Part shown: one piece after another, positions 40,231 to 50,341 of the stretch | How the letters are laid out: every line of letters starts with the position of its first letter | Position numbering within the stretch: position 1 is the first letter of the stretch | Source of the DNA: Promethearchaeia archaeon | Lineage (GTDB): Archaea > Asgardarchaeota > Lokiarchaeia > Sigyniarchaeales > SOKP01 | Assembly (NCBI GenBank): GCA_029856105.1 | Contig: JAHQWH010000210.1 | Coordinates: 22,685-86,684, forward strand | DNA length: 64,000 bases | Direction: 5' to 3' | Notes under the pieces: model-generated | Told to the model about the DNA's origin: nothing | Database searches by the model: none | Seen by the model: the letters and a program-made list of their open reading frames with translations, nothing else | Position numbers and translations under genes: made by a program

Positions 40231-40365
40231 TTTATAATGTCAGATTATAAAATTCAATTTGACTATTGTCTATATTTAATGATCAAAACATTTAGTTACA
40301 GGTCAACAGAGAGGATGTCCAGACGAATCCAGAATAGTAAATATAAATAAGCATTAATTCCAAAT

Positions 40366-41253
40366 TTACTTTTTTTCAAATGATTGAATAATCTCTACAG
40401 GGTTGCTTTCTATATGGTATTTCTTTTGAAAGAAGTTACACACATTTTTAATATCTCTTTCTAAAATTGATCTTGCGTTTGGGTGATCTGATGGAACCCA
40501 TTGTAGCCAATCGATTATTAATATATTTCCTTTATTATCTACTACTATATTGAATTCTCCTAGATCACCATGGATCATGTTCGCTTCTTGATAAATTACT
40601 TTAATTTGTTTGATGATCTTGTTAAAAATCTTACTTGGATTTTTAAGATTTTGATAATACGCTAATTCTTTTCCTCTTAAGTATGACATTACTATCATAT
40701 GTCGATTAAATCCTATTGGTTTAGGGGTATCTAATTTAAGTTCGTAGATTTTACCTAAAGCGTCAAATTCTTTTTTAGCGGCAAGTCTGTTAACATACAA
40801 CCAAGATAAATGTTTTCGATTACCAAGAAAGCTTCTTAACTTCTTAATGTTTTTAAAACTGGTCCTTCCCATCCTATATATTTTTAAAGCGTAAATATTT
40901 TCATTATCGTCCATACAACCATAGACATCTGATTCTTTACCTTTACCTATTATAGGTCCCAACTGACTAATTATCTCTTTCTCAACCAAGGTATGAAGAC
41001 CTAGTACATCGTAACCAATAGAATTAAGTGTATATGCTATATCATTTTTAGAAGAATCTCTTACTATTAAATCTAATTTATGTACCTTTTTAAGACGAAA
41101 TAAGGTTTCTTCTATTGGATTCCTAGAGTAGAATTTTATGTTATTTACCGTAACGTATTTAGATCTTTTCATTCCGATCTCAATTCCCATTAAAATTCTT
41201 AAATCTTCCTTATCCAGTTTTTTTTTCTCCAGTAATTTTGCTGCTTCAGCCAT
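40366..41253 (-). CDS. rio2: RIO2-type atypical Ser/Thr kinase
   Basis: N-terminal wHTH, IGKGKESDVY, RMGRTSF, IHGDLGEFNI, IIDWLQ. Confidence 0.92.
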   Translation of the reverse strand: MAEAAKLLEKKKLDKEDLRILMGIEIGMKRSKYVTVNNIKFYSRNPIEETLFRLKKVHKLDLIVRDSSKNDIAYTLNSIGYDVLGLHTLVEKEIISQLGPIIGKGKESDVYGCMDDNENIYALKIYRMGRTSFKNIKKLRSFLGNRKHLSWLYVNRLAAKKEFDALGKIYELKLDTPKPIGFNRHMIVMSYLRGKELAYYQNLKNPSKIFNKIIKQIKVIYQEANMIHGDLGEFNIVVDNKGNILIIDWLQWVPSDHPNARSILERDIKNVCNFFQKKYHIESNPVEIIQSFEKK

Positions 41254-41350
41254 ATTGATTATCTTATTATTTCTTTTAATTTAAGACACTTATCTAAAAA
41301 TTATTAAGTTATTATTTAAAAACATTTCTTTAAAATTGAAACTTAGCAGA

Positions 41351-42136
41351 TCAAAAAATATATTTTCTGTAGGCTATAATGAATGAAGTGAGTTTTTTCA
41401 CGTTTGGTAACTCAAAAATCATAATGCCTGTAATAATTACAATTAAAAATATAAAGATGTCAGTTTGTTTAATATAGTAAATTGAAGCGGTTGATCCTTC
41501 TTGGAATAAAAACAAGAAAACTCCTTGTTGTAGATAAAACGCTATTCCGCTGCAAATTATCACGCCTAATAAGGAAAAAACAATAGCTTGATGTTCGCTC
41601 TCAAATATACCAATCGCAGTAATAATAACAAAAGAAATCAAAGAAATTACTATTAATATATACGAAACATTGAGCCAATTACGGTACAGATCCGCACTAA
41701 CCTCAAAATTATTGCCAATATTCGTCCAAGACAAAGATGAAGCTAAATTTAAAGCAGAAAATATCGGTAAAATCAAAGACACTACTAGAAAAATTAAATA
41801 TAACCTTATTGTAATAAATCTTGTAAACTTCTGGTGCTCTCTTTCGTCTTCTTGTTTTATTTCTTTTAACATTAAATCCAATTTATTTTGAATATAATCT
41901 GGAATTTCTTTCTTTAAAATAGATAATTGAAAATGTATGTGAGGATAGTTGGACATTAAATTTTCTATTAATTTATATCCTCTATTAAGTCTTTCTTTAG
42001 AGCTTTTTGGTCCGTTCCATAGATAGATTATTTTACGCTCTTCATCCAAAATAGCGCATAAATCGTGGTAAAGTAAGCTTGTGCTTTCCTCGACCCATTT
42101 TTTATTAGGTTCGTTGAAAATGTATGTCTTCAGCAT
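41351..42136 (-). CDS. Gelsolin-like domain fused to a four-TM membrane domain
   Basis: HDLCAILDEERKIIYLWNGPKSSKER gelsolin-repeat core; four hydrophobic helices in the C-terminal half. Confidence 0.75.
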   Translation of the reverse strand: MLKTYIFNEPNKKWVEESTSLLYHDLCAILDEERKIIYLWNGPKSSKERLNRGYKLIENLMSNYPHIHFQLSILKKEIPDYIQNKLDLMLKEIKQEDEREHQKFTRFITIRLYLIFLVVSLILPIFSALNLASSLSWTNIGNNFEVSADLYRNWLNVSYILIVISLISFVIITAIGIFESEHQAIVFSLLGVIICSGIAFYLQQGVFLFLFQEGSTASIYYIKQTDIFIFLIVIITGIMIFELPNVKKLTSFIIAYRKYIF

Positions 42137-42256
42137 AGATAATCAATAATTTTTAACTCTAAATAATTTATATTTTTTTCTATATCTTCGCTATATTGTT
42201 AAAATAATAAATTTAGAAAAAATTAAAATAACTAAAAGAAATCTGTTGAAAAAAAG

Positions 42257-43153
42257 TTATTCTTTTTCAATTCTTTCTTTAATCGCTTCCCATAGATCGC
42301 TAATATATCGTCTATAATTCTCAATTTGGCTATCAGAGATCGTCCTAAATCTTTTTTGGATTTTTAAATATTCCTCAATAGGTTTGCGTTTTGATGGGTC
42401 TAAAAATCTCTTACTATCTTTTGATAAAATAAACTTACCGTTAATTACTTCATATAACGGCCAGAAACCCGTTTGAACGGCTAATCTCCCGATCTCAATT
42501 GAATCTTTTGGATTGTATCCCCATCCCGGAGGGCAAGGAGCAAGAATGTGAATATATTTTGGACCATAAATATTTTGAGCGTTCTTAAATTTATCGTATA
42601 GATCAAGCGGATACGACGAAATGGCTGTTGCAACGTAAGGGATGCCATGTGCCTCCATAATTTTAGCCATGTTTTTTTTGTATCCCACTTTACCAGTAGG
42701 AGTTGTAGTGCTAAAAGCACCAGGTGGCGTACTTCCACTTCTTTGAACACCTGTATTCATATACGCCTCGTTATCATAACAAGCAAAAATAAAGTTGGTT
42801 CCTCTCTCAGCCGCTCCGCTCAAACTCTGAATTCCAATATCTACGGTCCCACCATCTCCCGCAAACGCAACAACATTAACATCGGCTAATCCTTTATCTT
42901 CAAGCGAAGCTACAATTCCAGAAGCAGAAGCGCCCGTAGTGGCAAAAGGAGTATGAAGCACAGAAACTTTAGTGGTACAAAACCCTTGCATTCCGTGTAA
43001 AACAGTTAAGCACGAAGCGGGTACAGTAATAATTGTTCTTGGCCCAAGGGCTTTTAGAGCAATTCTATATATTAACGCCATTGAACATCCTGCGCACGCT
43101 CTAGTACCGGGGTAAATAAATTCTTCTTCAGGTATATCCATTAATTTAACCAA
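42257..43153 (-). CDS. porB: Pyruvate/2-oxoacid:ferredoxin oxidoreductase beta subunit
   Basis: ACAGC, GDGGTVDIG, YDNEAYMNTGVQRSGSTP, PCPPGW. Confidence 0.93.
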   Translation of the reverse strand: MVKLMDIPEEEFIYPGTRACAGCSMALIYRIALKALGPRTIITVPASCLTVLHGMQGFCTTKVSVLHTPFATTGASASGIVASLEDKGLADVNVVAFAGDGGTVDIGIQSLSGAAERGTNFIFACYDNEAYMNTGVQRSGSTPPGAFSTTTPTGKVGYKKNMAKIMEAHGIPYVATAISSYPLDLYDKFKNAQNIYGPKYIHILAPCPPGWGYNPKDSIEIGRLAVQTGFWPLYEVINGKFILSKDSKRFLDPSKRKPIEEYLKIQKRFRTISDSQIENYRRYISDLWEAIKERIEKE

Positions 43154-43159
43154 TATATT

Positions 43160-44455
43160 TTAACCTCCTTTGAAATATTCTGATTCGTCATAATCTCCTA
43201 AATCTTCCAATCTTAAACCAATAAAATCAGTTTCATGTGATATTATTCCTATTTCGGATTCTTCGATTGCTTTATACACGCCCTTTATAATATGTTGATC
43301 AGTAATATCTCTACCCCCTAACCCTACTATAAATCCTTTAATAAAGGGGCTATTTTTCAAACCATATAAAGCAGCTTTCAACTCGTATGATAACACGCCT
43401 TCGTATCCATAACCAACATCCCTATCAAAAACGACGATTTGCTTTTTATTTTTGAAGAACTCTCTTAAATACGAGACGGGAAACGGTCTAAATAGCTTCA
43501 AGCTCACTAAACCAACTTTTAACCCGTCTTTTCGAAGTTTTTTAATAACATTTCGAGCTTGAGAAGCTACTGAGCCCATTGCAAAAATAATGGTATCAGC
43601 GTCCTCAGTTAAATGCGTCTTGTAAATTCCATTTCCGTAAGATCGCCCAAATTTGTCGGCAAATTCGTTATGAATCTCTTTGATCACTTCAATTGAATTT
43701 TCAAGAGCTTTTTGCATCGCATATCTATACTCAAAATACCCGGGAGCGACTCCTTCTTCACCCCGATCTCTTAAATGAGGTGTGGTGACAGGACCAATAC
43801 CCTTCACTTGAGACATATCTGATAAATTAATATGATGCTTTAGGGGAGGTAGAAAACCATCAATATCTTCTTGATTTTCTAGGATTACTGGCATCATAGT
43901 ATGGGACAATATATAACCATCATAGGCTACAACTGTTGGAAGATAAACTCTTGGATCTTCCGCGATTCTAAAAGCTTGAATATTAGTATCGTAAATTTCT
44001 TGATTGTCCATACAAAACATTTGAATCCAACCAACATCGCGCATAGTAATAAAGTCTTGGTGATCCGTCCAAACCGACCAAGGGGCCCCTGTTGCTCTAG
44101 TTGCCAAATTTATTATTATCGGCAATCTGTTGCCCGCAGCCCACGGTAGCATTTCATACATGTACATCAATCCGTGAGACGATGTTGCCGTGCCCACTCT
44201 TGATCCTGTAGCCGAAGCTGCACAACATACCGCTAATGCGGAATGCTCTGATTCCACTTTAACAAAACGGGCATTCATTTTACCTTTCGAAACAAATTCT
44301 GCTACTTTTTCTACAACTGGACTTTGTGGAGTTATTGGGTACGCCGCAACGACGCCAACTTTAACTTGTCTGAGAGCTTGAGCTGCTGCATGGTTTCCTG
44401 TCAAAATCTTAATTTTATGACTAATTTTTTCAGATTTATTTTCTGTAATTGTCAT
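43160..44455 (-). CDS. porA: Pyruvate/2-oxoacid:ferredoxin oxidoreductase alpha subunit
   Basis: AYPITPQS, ESEHSA, TATSSHGL, LFRPFP, GLGGRD. Confidence 0.93.
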   Translation of the reverse strand: MTITENKSEKISHKIKILTGNHAAAQALRQVKVGVVAAYPITPQSPVVEKVAEFVSKGKMNARFVKVESEHSALAVCCAASATGSRVGTATSSHGLMYMYEMLPWAAGNRLPIIINLATRATGAPWSVWTDHQDFITMRDVGWIQMFCMDNQEIYDTNIQAFRIAEDPRVYLPTVVAYDGYILSHTMMPVILENQEDIDGFLPPLKHHINLSDMSQVKGIGPVTTPHLRDRGEEGVAPGYFEYRYAMQKALENSIEVIKEIHNEFADKFGRSYGNGIYKTHLTEDADTIIFAMGSVASQARNVIKKLRKDGLKVGLVSLKLFRPFPVSYLREFFKNKKQIVVFDRDVGYGYEGVLSYELKAALYGLKNSPFIKGFIVGLGGRDITDQHIIKGVYKAIEESEIGIISHETDFIGLRLEDLGDYDESEYFKGG

Positions 44456-44751
44456 TCAATTTTCACCTCTACCATTTTAATTGCATTTACAGGACATTCT
44501 TCCATACAAATTCCACATCCTTTACAATATTCTAAATCAATTATAGGAGGAATAGTCCTAGATACTACTGCTTCTGGACAATATAGCCAACAATTAAAGC
44601 AGCTAGGTTTTCCCGATTTTGCCGGAATACATTTTTCTAAATCAATTACGGGTTTTTTAGGGCTCCATGTGCCCGTTTTCCCAGCTTCCCCCTTTACGGG
44701 TTTTTGAACGGAACCTAAGATTTTTTGATAATCCTTTTTCGTATTAGCCAT
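44452..44751 (-). CDS. porD: Oxidoreductase delta subunit (2x[4Fe-4S])
   Basis: KTGTW, CFNCWLYCPE, YCKGCGICMEECP. Confidence 0.9.
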   Translation of the reverse strand: MANTKKDYQKILGSVQKPVKGEAGKTGTWSPKKPVIDLEKCIPAKSGKPSCFNCWLYCPEAVVSRTIPPIIDLEYCKGCGICMEECPVNAIKMVEVKIE

Positions 44752-45009
44752 AGATATCACACAAATTAATGAATAAAAGCCAATATAAAAATTAATAACT
44801 ATTGAAATAAAACTCTTCCGATTAATTAAAATAGGGCTATTTAATAGAGCTAAAAGAAATTATCTAAGAAAAGGCGATTAATCTATTCATACAATATTAT
44901 TTTAAAAAAAATGTTAGTCTTTCGAAAAAGAAAGAAATTTATATTCAACAATTTCATTATCTCTTTAGAAAAAAACATACATTATGAATAAGAATCACTT
45001 TTTTTGGTG

Positions 45010-47643
45010 ATGGATATAGATTATAATAAAGAAGAAGTTAGAGAAAAATTCAAGGATTTATTTGAACACTCTTTGGATTTAATTTATGTAAATGATTTAT
45101 ACGGCAATTTTCTCGATGCAAATGAATTGACTTTAATTTCTCTCGGTTACGAGAGGAAGGACATTCCTAATTTGACTTTTACTGATATACTTGACAGAGA
45201 TAATTTGATTAAGGCATATAACACATTAAAGGAAGTAAAAAAAACGGGGAAACAATCTGCTCAGATGGAATACAAGCTTAAAACAAAAACGGGCGATTAT
45301 ATATTTATCGAAACATACAGCATTCCCTTAAAAAAAAATGATAGATTGTACGGAATATTAGGAATAGCCAAAAACATCACCAAACGGAAAAAAACAGCGC
45401 AAAAATTAAAAGAATCAGCAGAAATGTTCATAGCTTTATTTAAGGAAGGTCCAATTCCTACTTATACTTGGAGAAAAATTGGAGATGATTTTGCTCTCAT
45501 TGACTTTAATAATGCCGCAGATAAAATAACTCACGGGCATGTCGAAACTTTTTTAGGAACTAACGCGTCCGAGATGTACAAAGATCGTCCAGATATTTTG
45601 AACGATTTACATCTTTGTATAAACGAAAAAACTCATATTACGCGAGAAATGAAGTATAAATATAATTTCTCAAAGGAAGAAAAATATTTACTAGTAAATT
45701 ACGGTTATGTAGGTCCTGATTTAATAATTGTGAGCACAGAAGATATAACGGAAAGAAAAAAGGCAGGAGAGAAATTAAAGGAATCTGAACTTAAGTATCG
45801 CAATATGATTAATAACCTAGATGTTGGTTTTTACCAAGTATCTCTAGATGGTACGATGATAAACCATAATCCAGCCCATAATAAGATTCTAGAATATGAT
45901 CAAACAGAGAGCCTCATAGGTAAAAGAGTAACAGATTTTTGGCAAGTTCCAGAAGATCGAGACGATTATTTAAAGCAGATATTAGAAAATAGTTATGCTA
46001 AGAATTACATCTGCCCATCCCTAACTAAAGAAGGTAAAAAAGTTGTTGTCCAATTAAATTCTCATTTAATGCGGAATAACGAAGGAAGTCCAATTGGTAT
46101 TGAAGGAACTTTTATCGACATTACAGAAAAATACAATTTGGAGCATGAATTGAGAGAATCTGAAGAGAAATTCAGATCTATAGCCGAACAATCGTTATTG
46201 GGCATATGTGTAATACAAGATGATTTAGTTAAATTCATTAATAAACAATTTGCTGATCTATTAGGATATACAGTCGAAGAAGTAAAGGATTGGGAACCAG
46301 GTTGGTTTGCAAACGTTATTCATCCAGATGATAGGGATTGGGTAATAGATCAAGCTACAAAGAAACAGTTGGGTTCAAACGATATAAGAAATTATTATCA
46401 ATATCGCCTAATAAATAAATCTAAAAAAATTATTTGGTTAGATAATTTCTCTAAATCAATTATATTTAGGGGCCGAAAAGCGAATTTAGTTACTGTTGTA
46501 AATATTACGGAAAGAAAAATTACTGAACAAAAATTAAAAGAATCAGAGAGAAAATATCGTAATATCTATGAGAACACTCCTTTTTCAGTAGTATTAATCA
46601 ATTCACAAGGTGTAGTTGTAGATGCTAATCCAACAACCGAAGTAATTTTTGGTCATAAGATAGACGAAATAATTGGTAAAAAGTTTAAGGATCTTACAAT
46701 AATACATCCAGATTACTTATCAACAATTTTTGCACTTTTTAAAAAGTTTGTAAAAGGAGAAAAAATGCACCGAATAGATATTCAAATACAAAGAAAGAAT
46801 GGGACGACTTTTTGGGCAAATCTTCAAGCTGCTCTGATGAAAATCAGGGATGAAACATACGTTCAAGCTTTATTTACAGATATCACTAAAAAAAAAGAAG
46901 CTGAGTTCCTTGTTGACGAGGAATTAAAAAAATTGAAGGAACTTGATCAGTTAAGAAAAAATTTAATTTCGAGAGTTTCGCACGAATTAAAAACACCTCT
47001 TGTTTCAATTAGTGGAGGTTGTGAACTCCTTTTAACCCTATATGGAGAAAAGCTAAGTAAAGATGAATTAGAGTTAATAGAACTTATTGAAAAGGGAGGT
47101 AAAAGGCTAAAACATCTAGTCGAAAATTTAATTGATATATCTAGAATTGAATATAATAAATTCAAATTACAAAAAGAATCCAACGATCTGTGCGAACTTA
47201 TTCGGGACGTCTCAAAAGAATTAATGTTTTTATTAAGAGAGAGAAAAACTAATTTAAACCTCACGCTTCCTGAGAGCTTTTTTTTGAAAATGGATAAAAT
47301 TAGGATTGAACAAGTAATCATGAATTTATTATCCAATGCCATAAAAAATACACCTCCAAAGGGGGACATAAAAATAGTTTTAAAAGAAAAGGAAGATTGG
47401 GCTGAAATCTCTATTAGCGATGCAGGGATAGGTCTTACTCAAGAGGAAATGGATTTGATCTTCACTAGGTTTGGTAAAATAGAACGGTATGGGGAGGGTT
47501 ACGAATATATCGACATCCAAGGCACTGGGTTAGGATTATTTATCTCAAAAGAGATAGTAGATTTGCACGAAGGGGAAATCAGGGCGGAATCAGAAGGAAG
47601 AAATAAGGGGAGTACATTTATCGTAAAACTGCCAATATCTTAA
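45010..47643 (+). CDS. Soluble multi-PAS (5 PAS) sensor histidine kinase
   Basis: Five PAS-PAC units ending D/NIT(E/K), H-box SHELKTPL, NLLSNAIK, DAGIG, GTGLGL; no TM helix, no receiver domain. Confidence 0.93.
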   Translation: MDIDYNKEEVREKFKDLFEHSLDLIYVNDLYGNFLDANELTLISLGYERKDIPNLTFTDILDRDNLIKAYNTLKEVKKTGKQSAQMEYKLKTKTGDYIFIETYSIPLKKNDRLYGILGIAKNITKRKKTAQKLKESAEMFIALFKEGPIPTYTWRKIGDDFALIDFNNAADKITHGHVETFLGTNASEMYKDRPDILNDLHLCINEKTHITREMKYKYNFSKEEKYLLVNYGYVGPDLIIVSTEDITERKKAGEKLKESELKYRNMINNLDVGFYQVSLDGTMINHNPAHNKILEYDQTESLIGKRVTDFWQVPEDRDDYLKQILENSYAKNYICPSLTKEGKKVVVQLNSHLMRNNEGSPIGIEGTFIDITEKYNLEHELRESEEKFRSIAEQSLLGICVIQDDLVKFINKQFADLLGYTVEEVKDWEPGWFANVIHPDDRDWVIDQATKKQLGSNDIRNYYQYRLINKSKKIIWLDNFSKSIIFRGRKANLVTVVNITERKITEQKLKESERKYRNIYENTPFSVVLINSQGVVVDANPTTEVIFGHKIDEIIGKKFKDLTIIHPDYLSTIFALFKKFVKGEKMHRIDIQIQRKNGTTFWANLQAALMKIRDETYVQALFTDITKKKEAEFLVDEELKKLKELDQLRKNLISRVSHELKTPLVSISGGCELLLTLYGEKLSKDELELIELIEKGGKRLKHLVENLIDISRIEYNKFKLQKESNDLCELIRDVSKELMFLLRERKTNLNLTLPESFFLKMDKIRIEQVIMNLLSNAIKNTPPKGDIKIVLKEKEDWAEISISDAGIGLTQEEMDLIFTRFGKIERYGEGYEYIDIQGTGLGLFISKEIVDLHEGEIRAESEGRNKGSTFIVKLPIS

Positions 47644-47666
47644 AATATGTATTTTCAAAAATGGAT

Positions 47667-48254
47667 CTATAATATTTTTGCCATGTTAAAACCTTGCTCA
47701 ATTAATTCGTAGTTAAGGCTTCCTAATTTTTCACCCAATTTTTTCAAAATTACGTCTTTAAGATTTTCTAAGTGCAGGTCTGGTAATGCAACAACGAGCA
47801 AACCTAAAATTGGTGTATTTATTACAGGATTTCCATCTATAGTTAAATTTTTTTCGAGTGCCAAATTATTAATATCCGCAACAATCACTTTTATGTTGCT
47901 GCTAAGATGATACTCTTTAACAAAATATTCTGGTTTTTTATCGGAATTTATTATAAAAATTCCGTTGCTTTCCAAAGACGAGGCCACTTCTTTAGTTAAA
48001 ACAGTCTCATCGAATACGATTAAAATATTTGGGTTTTCAATTTGAGCGCGATCGTATACTTTTTCTTTTCGGGATAATTTTACGTATGCTTGAACAGGAG
48101 CACCTCTTCTCTCAGCACCGAACGAAGGATATGCTTGGACATCAATGAAATTACCACTTAAGTATGCTGCTTCAGCTATTATCTCACAAGCAGTAACGGC
48201 ACCCATACCCCCTCTTCCGTGTAAAACAATTTTAATCAGTTCCAATTCGCTCAT
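47667..48254 (-). CDS. porC: Oxidoreductase gamma subunit
   Basis: HGRGGMGAVT, YPSFGAERRGAPV, NTPILG. Confidence 0.92.
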   Translation of the reverse strand: MSELELIKIVLHGRGGMGAVTACEIIAEAAYLSGNFIDVQAYPSFGAERRGAPVQAYVKLSRKEKVYDRAQIENPNILIVFDETVLTKEVASSLESNGIFIINSDKKPEYFVKEYHLSSNIKVIVADINNLALEKNLTIDGNPVINTPILGLLVVALPDLHLENLKDVILKKLGEKLGSLNYELIEQGFNMAKIL

Positions 48255-48455
48255 ATTAAAAGCCTAATATGGTTAAACATTATAATTATGAATTAATCTT
48301 ACTATTTAAAGAGTTTATCAAAATTAAAAACTTTTGTCAATTTTAGTTTTAAGGCTATCAGACTTATTAAATGACTTCAAATATGATAAAAAGTTAAAAG
48401 ATTATAAATCATAATAAGAGTATTCATTTTAAATTTATTCAACGAGCAAGTAATT

Positions 48456-49319
48456 ATGATTAATAAAAAAGGTTATTTTGAAGGTAGAGAGACTAAAAGA
48501 TTATTTTATCAGTACTGGCTACCAGATTCGAGCGATATTAAAGCATATATAATAGCTCTACATGGTTGGGGGACTCATTCAGATAGAATGGAGGTACCCT
48601 CAGAATTTTTAACGGAAAATGGATACGCTGTGTATGCGTTTGATATCAGAGGACATTGGAGAAATGCCGACAACAACCCCGGACATATCGATAGTATGGA
48701 CCATATACAGAAAGATATTGTTCTTTTTATGGATTTAGTAAAAAAAACCTCTGGAGAAAAAAAAGTCTTTTTAATGGGGCATTCGTTCGGTGCCTTAATT
48801 GCCTTAATCTTTGCGGTTAATCATCCAGCATTACATGGTGTATTAGTATCATCCCCTTTACTGAGATTTGCCGTAAACTTGTCGTTTAGTAAAAAATGGG
48901 GTAAAAAAATCGCCGGACCGATTTCTAAAATTTCTCCAACAAAAACCGTAGATATGATGATTGAACAAAACCTTTTAACTAGCGACCTCAAAATTTTGCG
49001 CAAGCATATTTCAGATGATAAAAAATTGGAAAAAATCTCCCTGAGATCTGCTGCCGAAATGGAAAGAGCTATGAAATGGGCGATGGAAAACGCTTCTAAT
49101 TTACTATGCCCCACCATGGTTATGCAATCTGGAAAAGATAAAATAGTAGAAATAGGAACGACTAAAGAATTCTTTGAAAAAATAAAAAGTAAAGACAAGA
49201 CATATAGGGAATACGATGGGTTTCTTCATGAATTATGGAATGAAAAAGGAAGAGCGCAAGTTTTTCGAGATATGTATATATGGTTAGAAAAACACATAAA
49301 AAAAATAAAAAAAAAATAA
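48456..49319 (+). CDS. Lysophospholipase/monoacylglycerol lipase-like hydrolase
   Basis: LHGWGTHS, FDIRGHW, GHSFG, FLHELWNE. Confidence 0.9.
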   Translation: MINKKGYFEGRETKRLFYQYWLPDSSDIKAYIIALHGWGTHSDRMEVPSEFLTENGYAVYAFDIRGHWRNADNNPGHIDSMDHIQKDIVLFMDLVKKTSGEKKVFLMGHSFGALIALIFAVNHPALHGVLVSSPLLRFAVNLSFSKKWGKKIAGPISKISPTKTVDMMIEQNLLTSDLKILRKHISDDKKLEKISLRSAAEMERAMKWAMENASNLLCPTMVMQSGKDKIVEIGTTKEFFEKIKSKDKTYREYDGFLHELWNEKGRAQVFRDMYIWLEKHIKKIKKK

Positions 49320-49338
49320 CAGAAAAATAGAGTATTAT

Positions 49339-50130
49339 TTATGGATACTTTTTATATAAAGCTTTAATAAAATCGTCTAATTCTTTCATTGTCTTCTTAT
49401 CGTAAGCTATATTTCCGCACTCATCCTCTAAATCGAACCATTTTTCAATAAATTTGTTATTCATTATCGTTAGCGTTGATTTTATCAAAAACATGAATGA
49501 GTCCATCCTTTTACTAAAAATTTTTACAAATTTTTTAGTTTCAAGCTCTAATTTCTCAAGAGGGAAGACTCTAACTGGAAAGTTCAATCTTTTTAAATCT
49601 TCCAACCCAAATTCGTCAGCTGTAAACAAAATATTCTTAGCAAAGGTTAATCCAAACGCTAACAAAGGCAAAATCGTTGCTCCAGTTTGCGGGTATATAG
49701 ATATAGCAATTTCGGGCATTCTAAAGAACATCTTTTCTTTAGGTCTATCAGCAAATATTCTTAAGTCGCACGCCATTATCAACTCCAAACCATACCCAAT
49801 TGCGGTACCTTGAACTTGGACAATGATAGGTTTTTTCATTATAAGCATTTTTTGCGTGTTTCTTCTTCCATAATCCTTCACTTCCTCGAAATATTCTTTG
49901 TTTTCGTCGAAAGATTTGGATTTGATGTCGATACCTGCGCTAAAAACCCTATTACCTGTGCTCTTTAACAAGATACACTTAACTCTCTCGTCGTTATCAG
50001 CTTCTACGAGTTTCTCGTATAATCCTTTCATTAAGGCTAAATTAAAGGAATGGGCTGCTTTCGGTCTATTTAAAGTAATTGTAGCAACTCTACCCTTTAC
50101 TTCGTATAAAATTATATCTTGACTGTCCAT
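49339..50130 (-). CDS. Enoyl-CoA hydratase/isomerase family protein
   Basis: ITLNRP, FSAGID, GYGLELIMACDLR, MPE. Confidence 0.9.
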   Translation of the reverse strand: MDSQDIILYEVKGRVATITLNRPKAAHSFNLALMKGLYEKLVEADNDERVKCILLKSTGNRVFSAGIDIKSKSFDENKEYFEEVKDYGRRNTQKMLIMKKPIIVQVQGTAIGYGLELIMACDLRIFADRPKEKMFFRMPEIAISIYPQTGATILPLLAFGLTFAKNILFTADEFGLEDLKRLNFPVRVFPLEKLELETKKFVKIFSKRMDSFMFLIKSTLTIMNNKFIEKWFDLEDECGNIAYDKKTMKELDDFIKALYKKYP

Positions 50131-50341
50131 GGTTTAAAAAAAAGATATGTTTAATATAAATTTTCTTACCGGAATTAGAAATTAATTTAAGCACGCCTTC
50201 AGTTTAGACGAAAAGGAAATATCAATTACATCGTAAATAATATTTATTACGCTTATAAATTCTTATCACTTTTGCAAAAGTTATTTAAGCACCAATAGTA
50301 AATTATTCATCACTAATATAACCTAAAAATTTTGATTAAAC

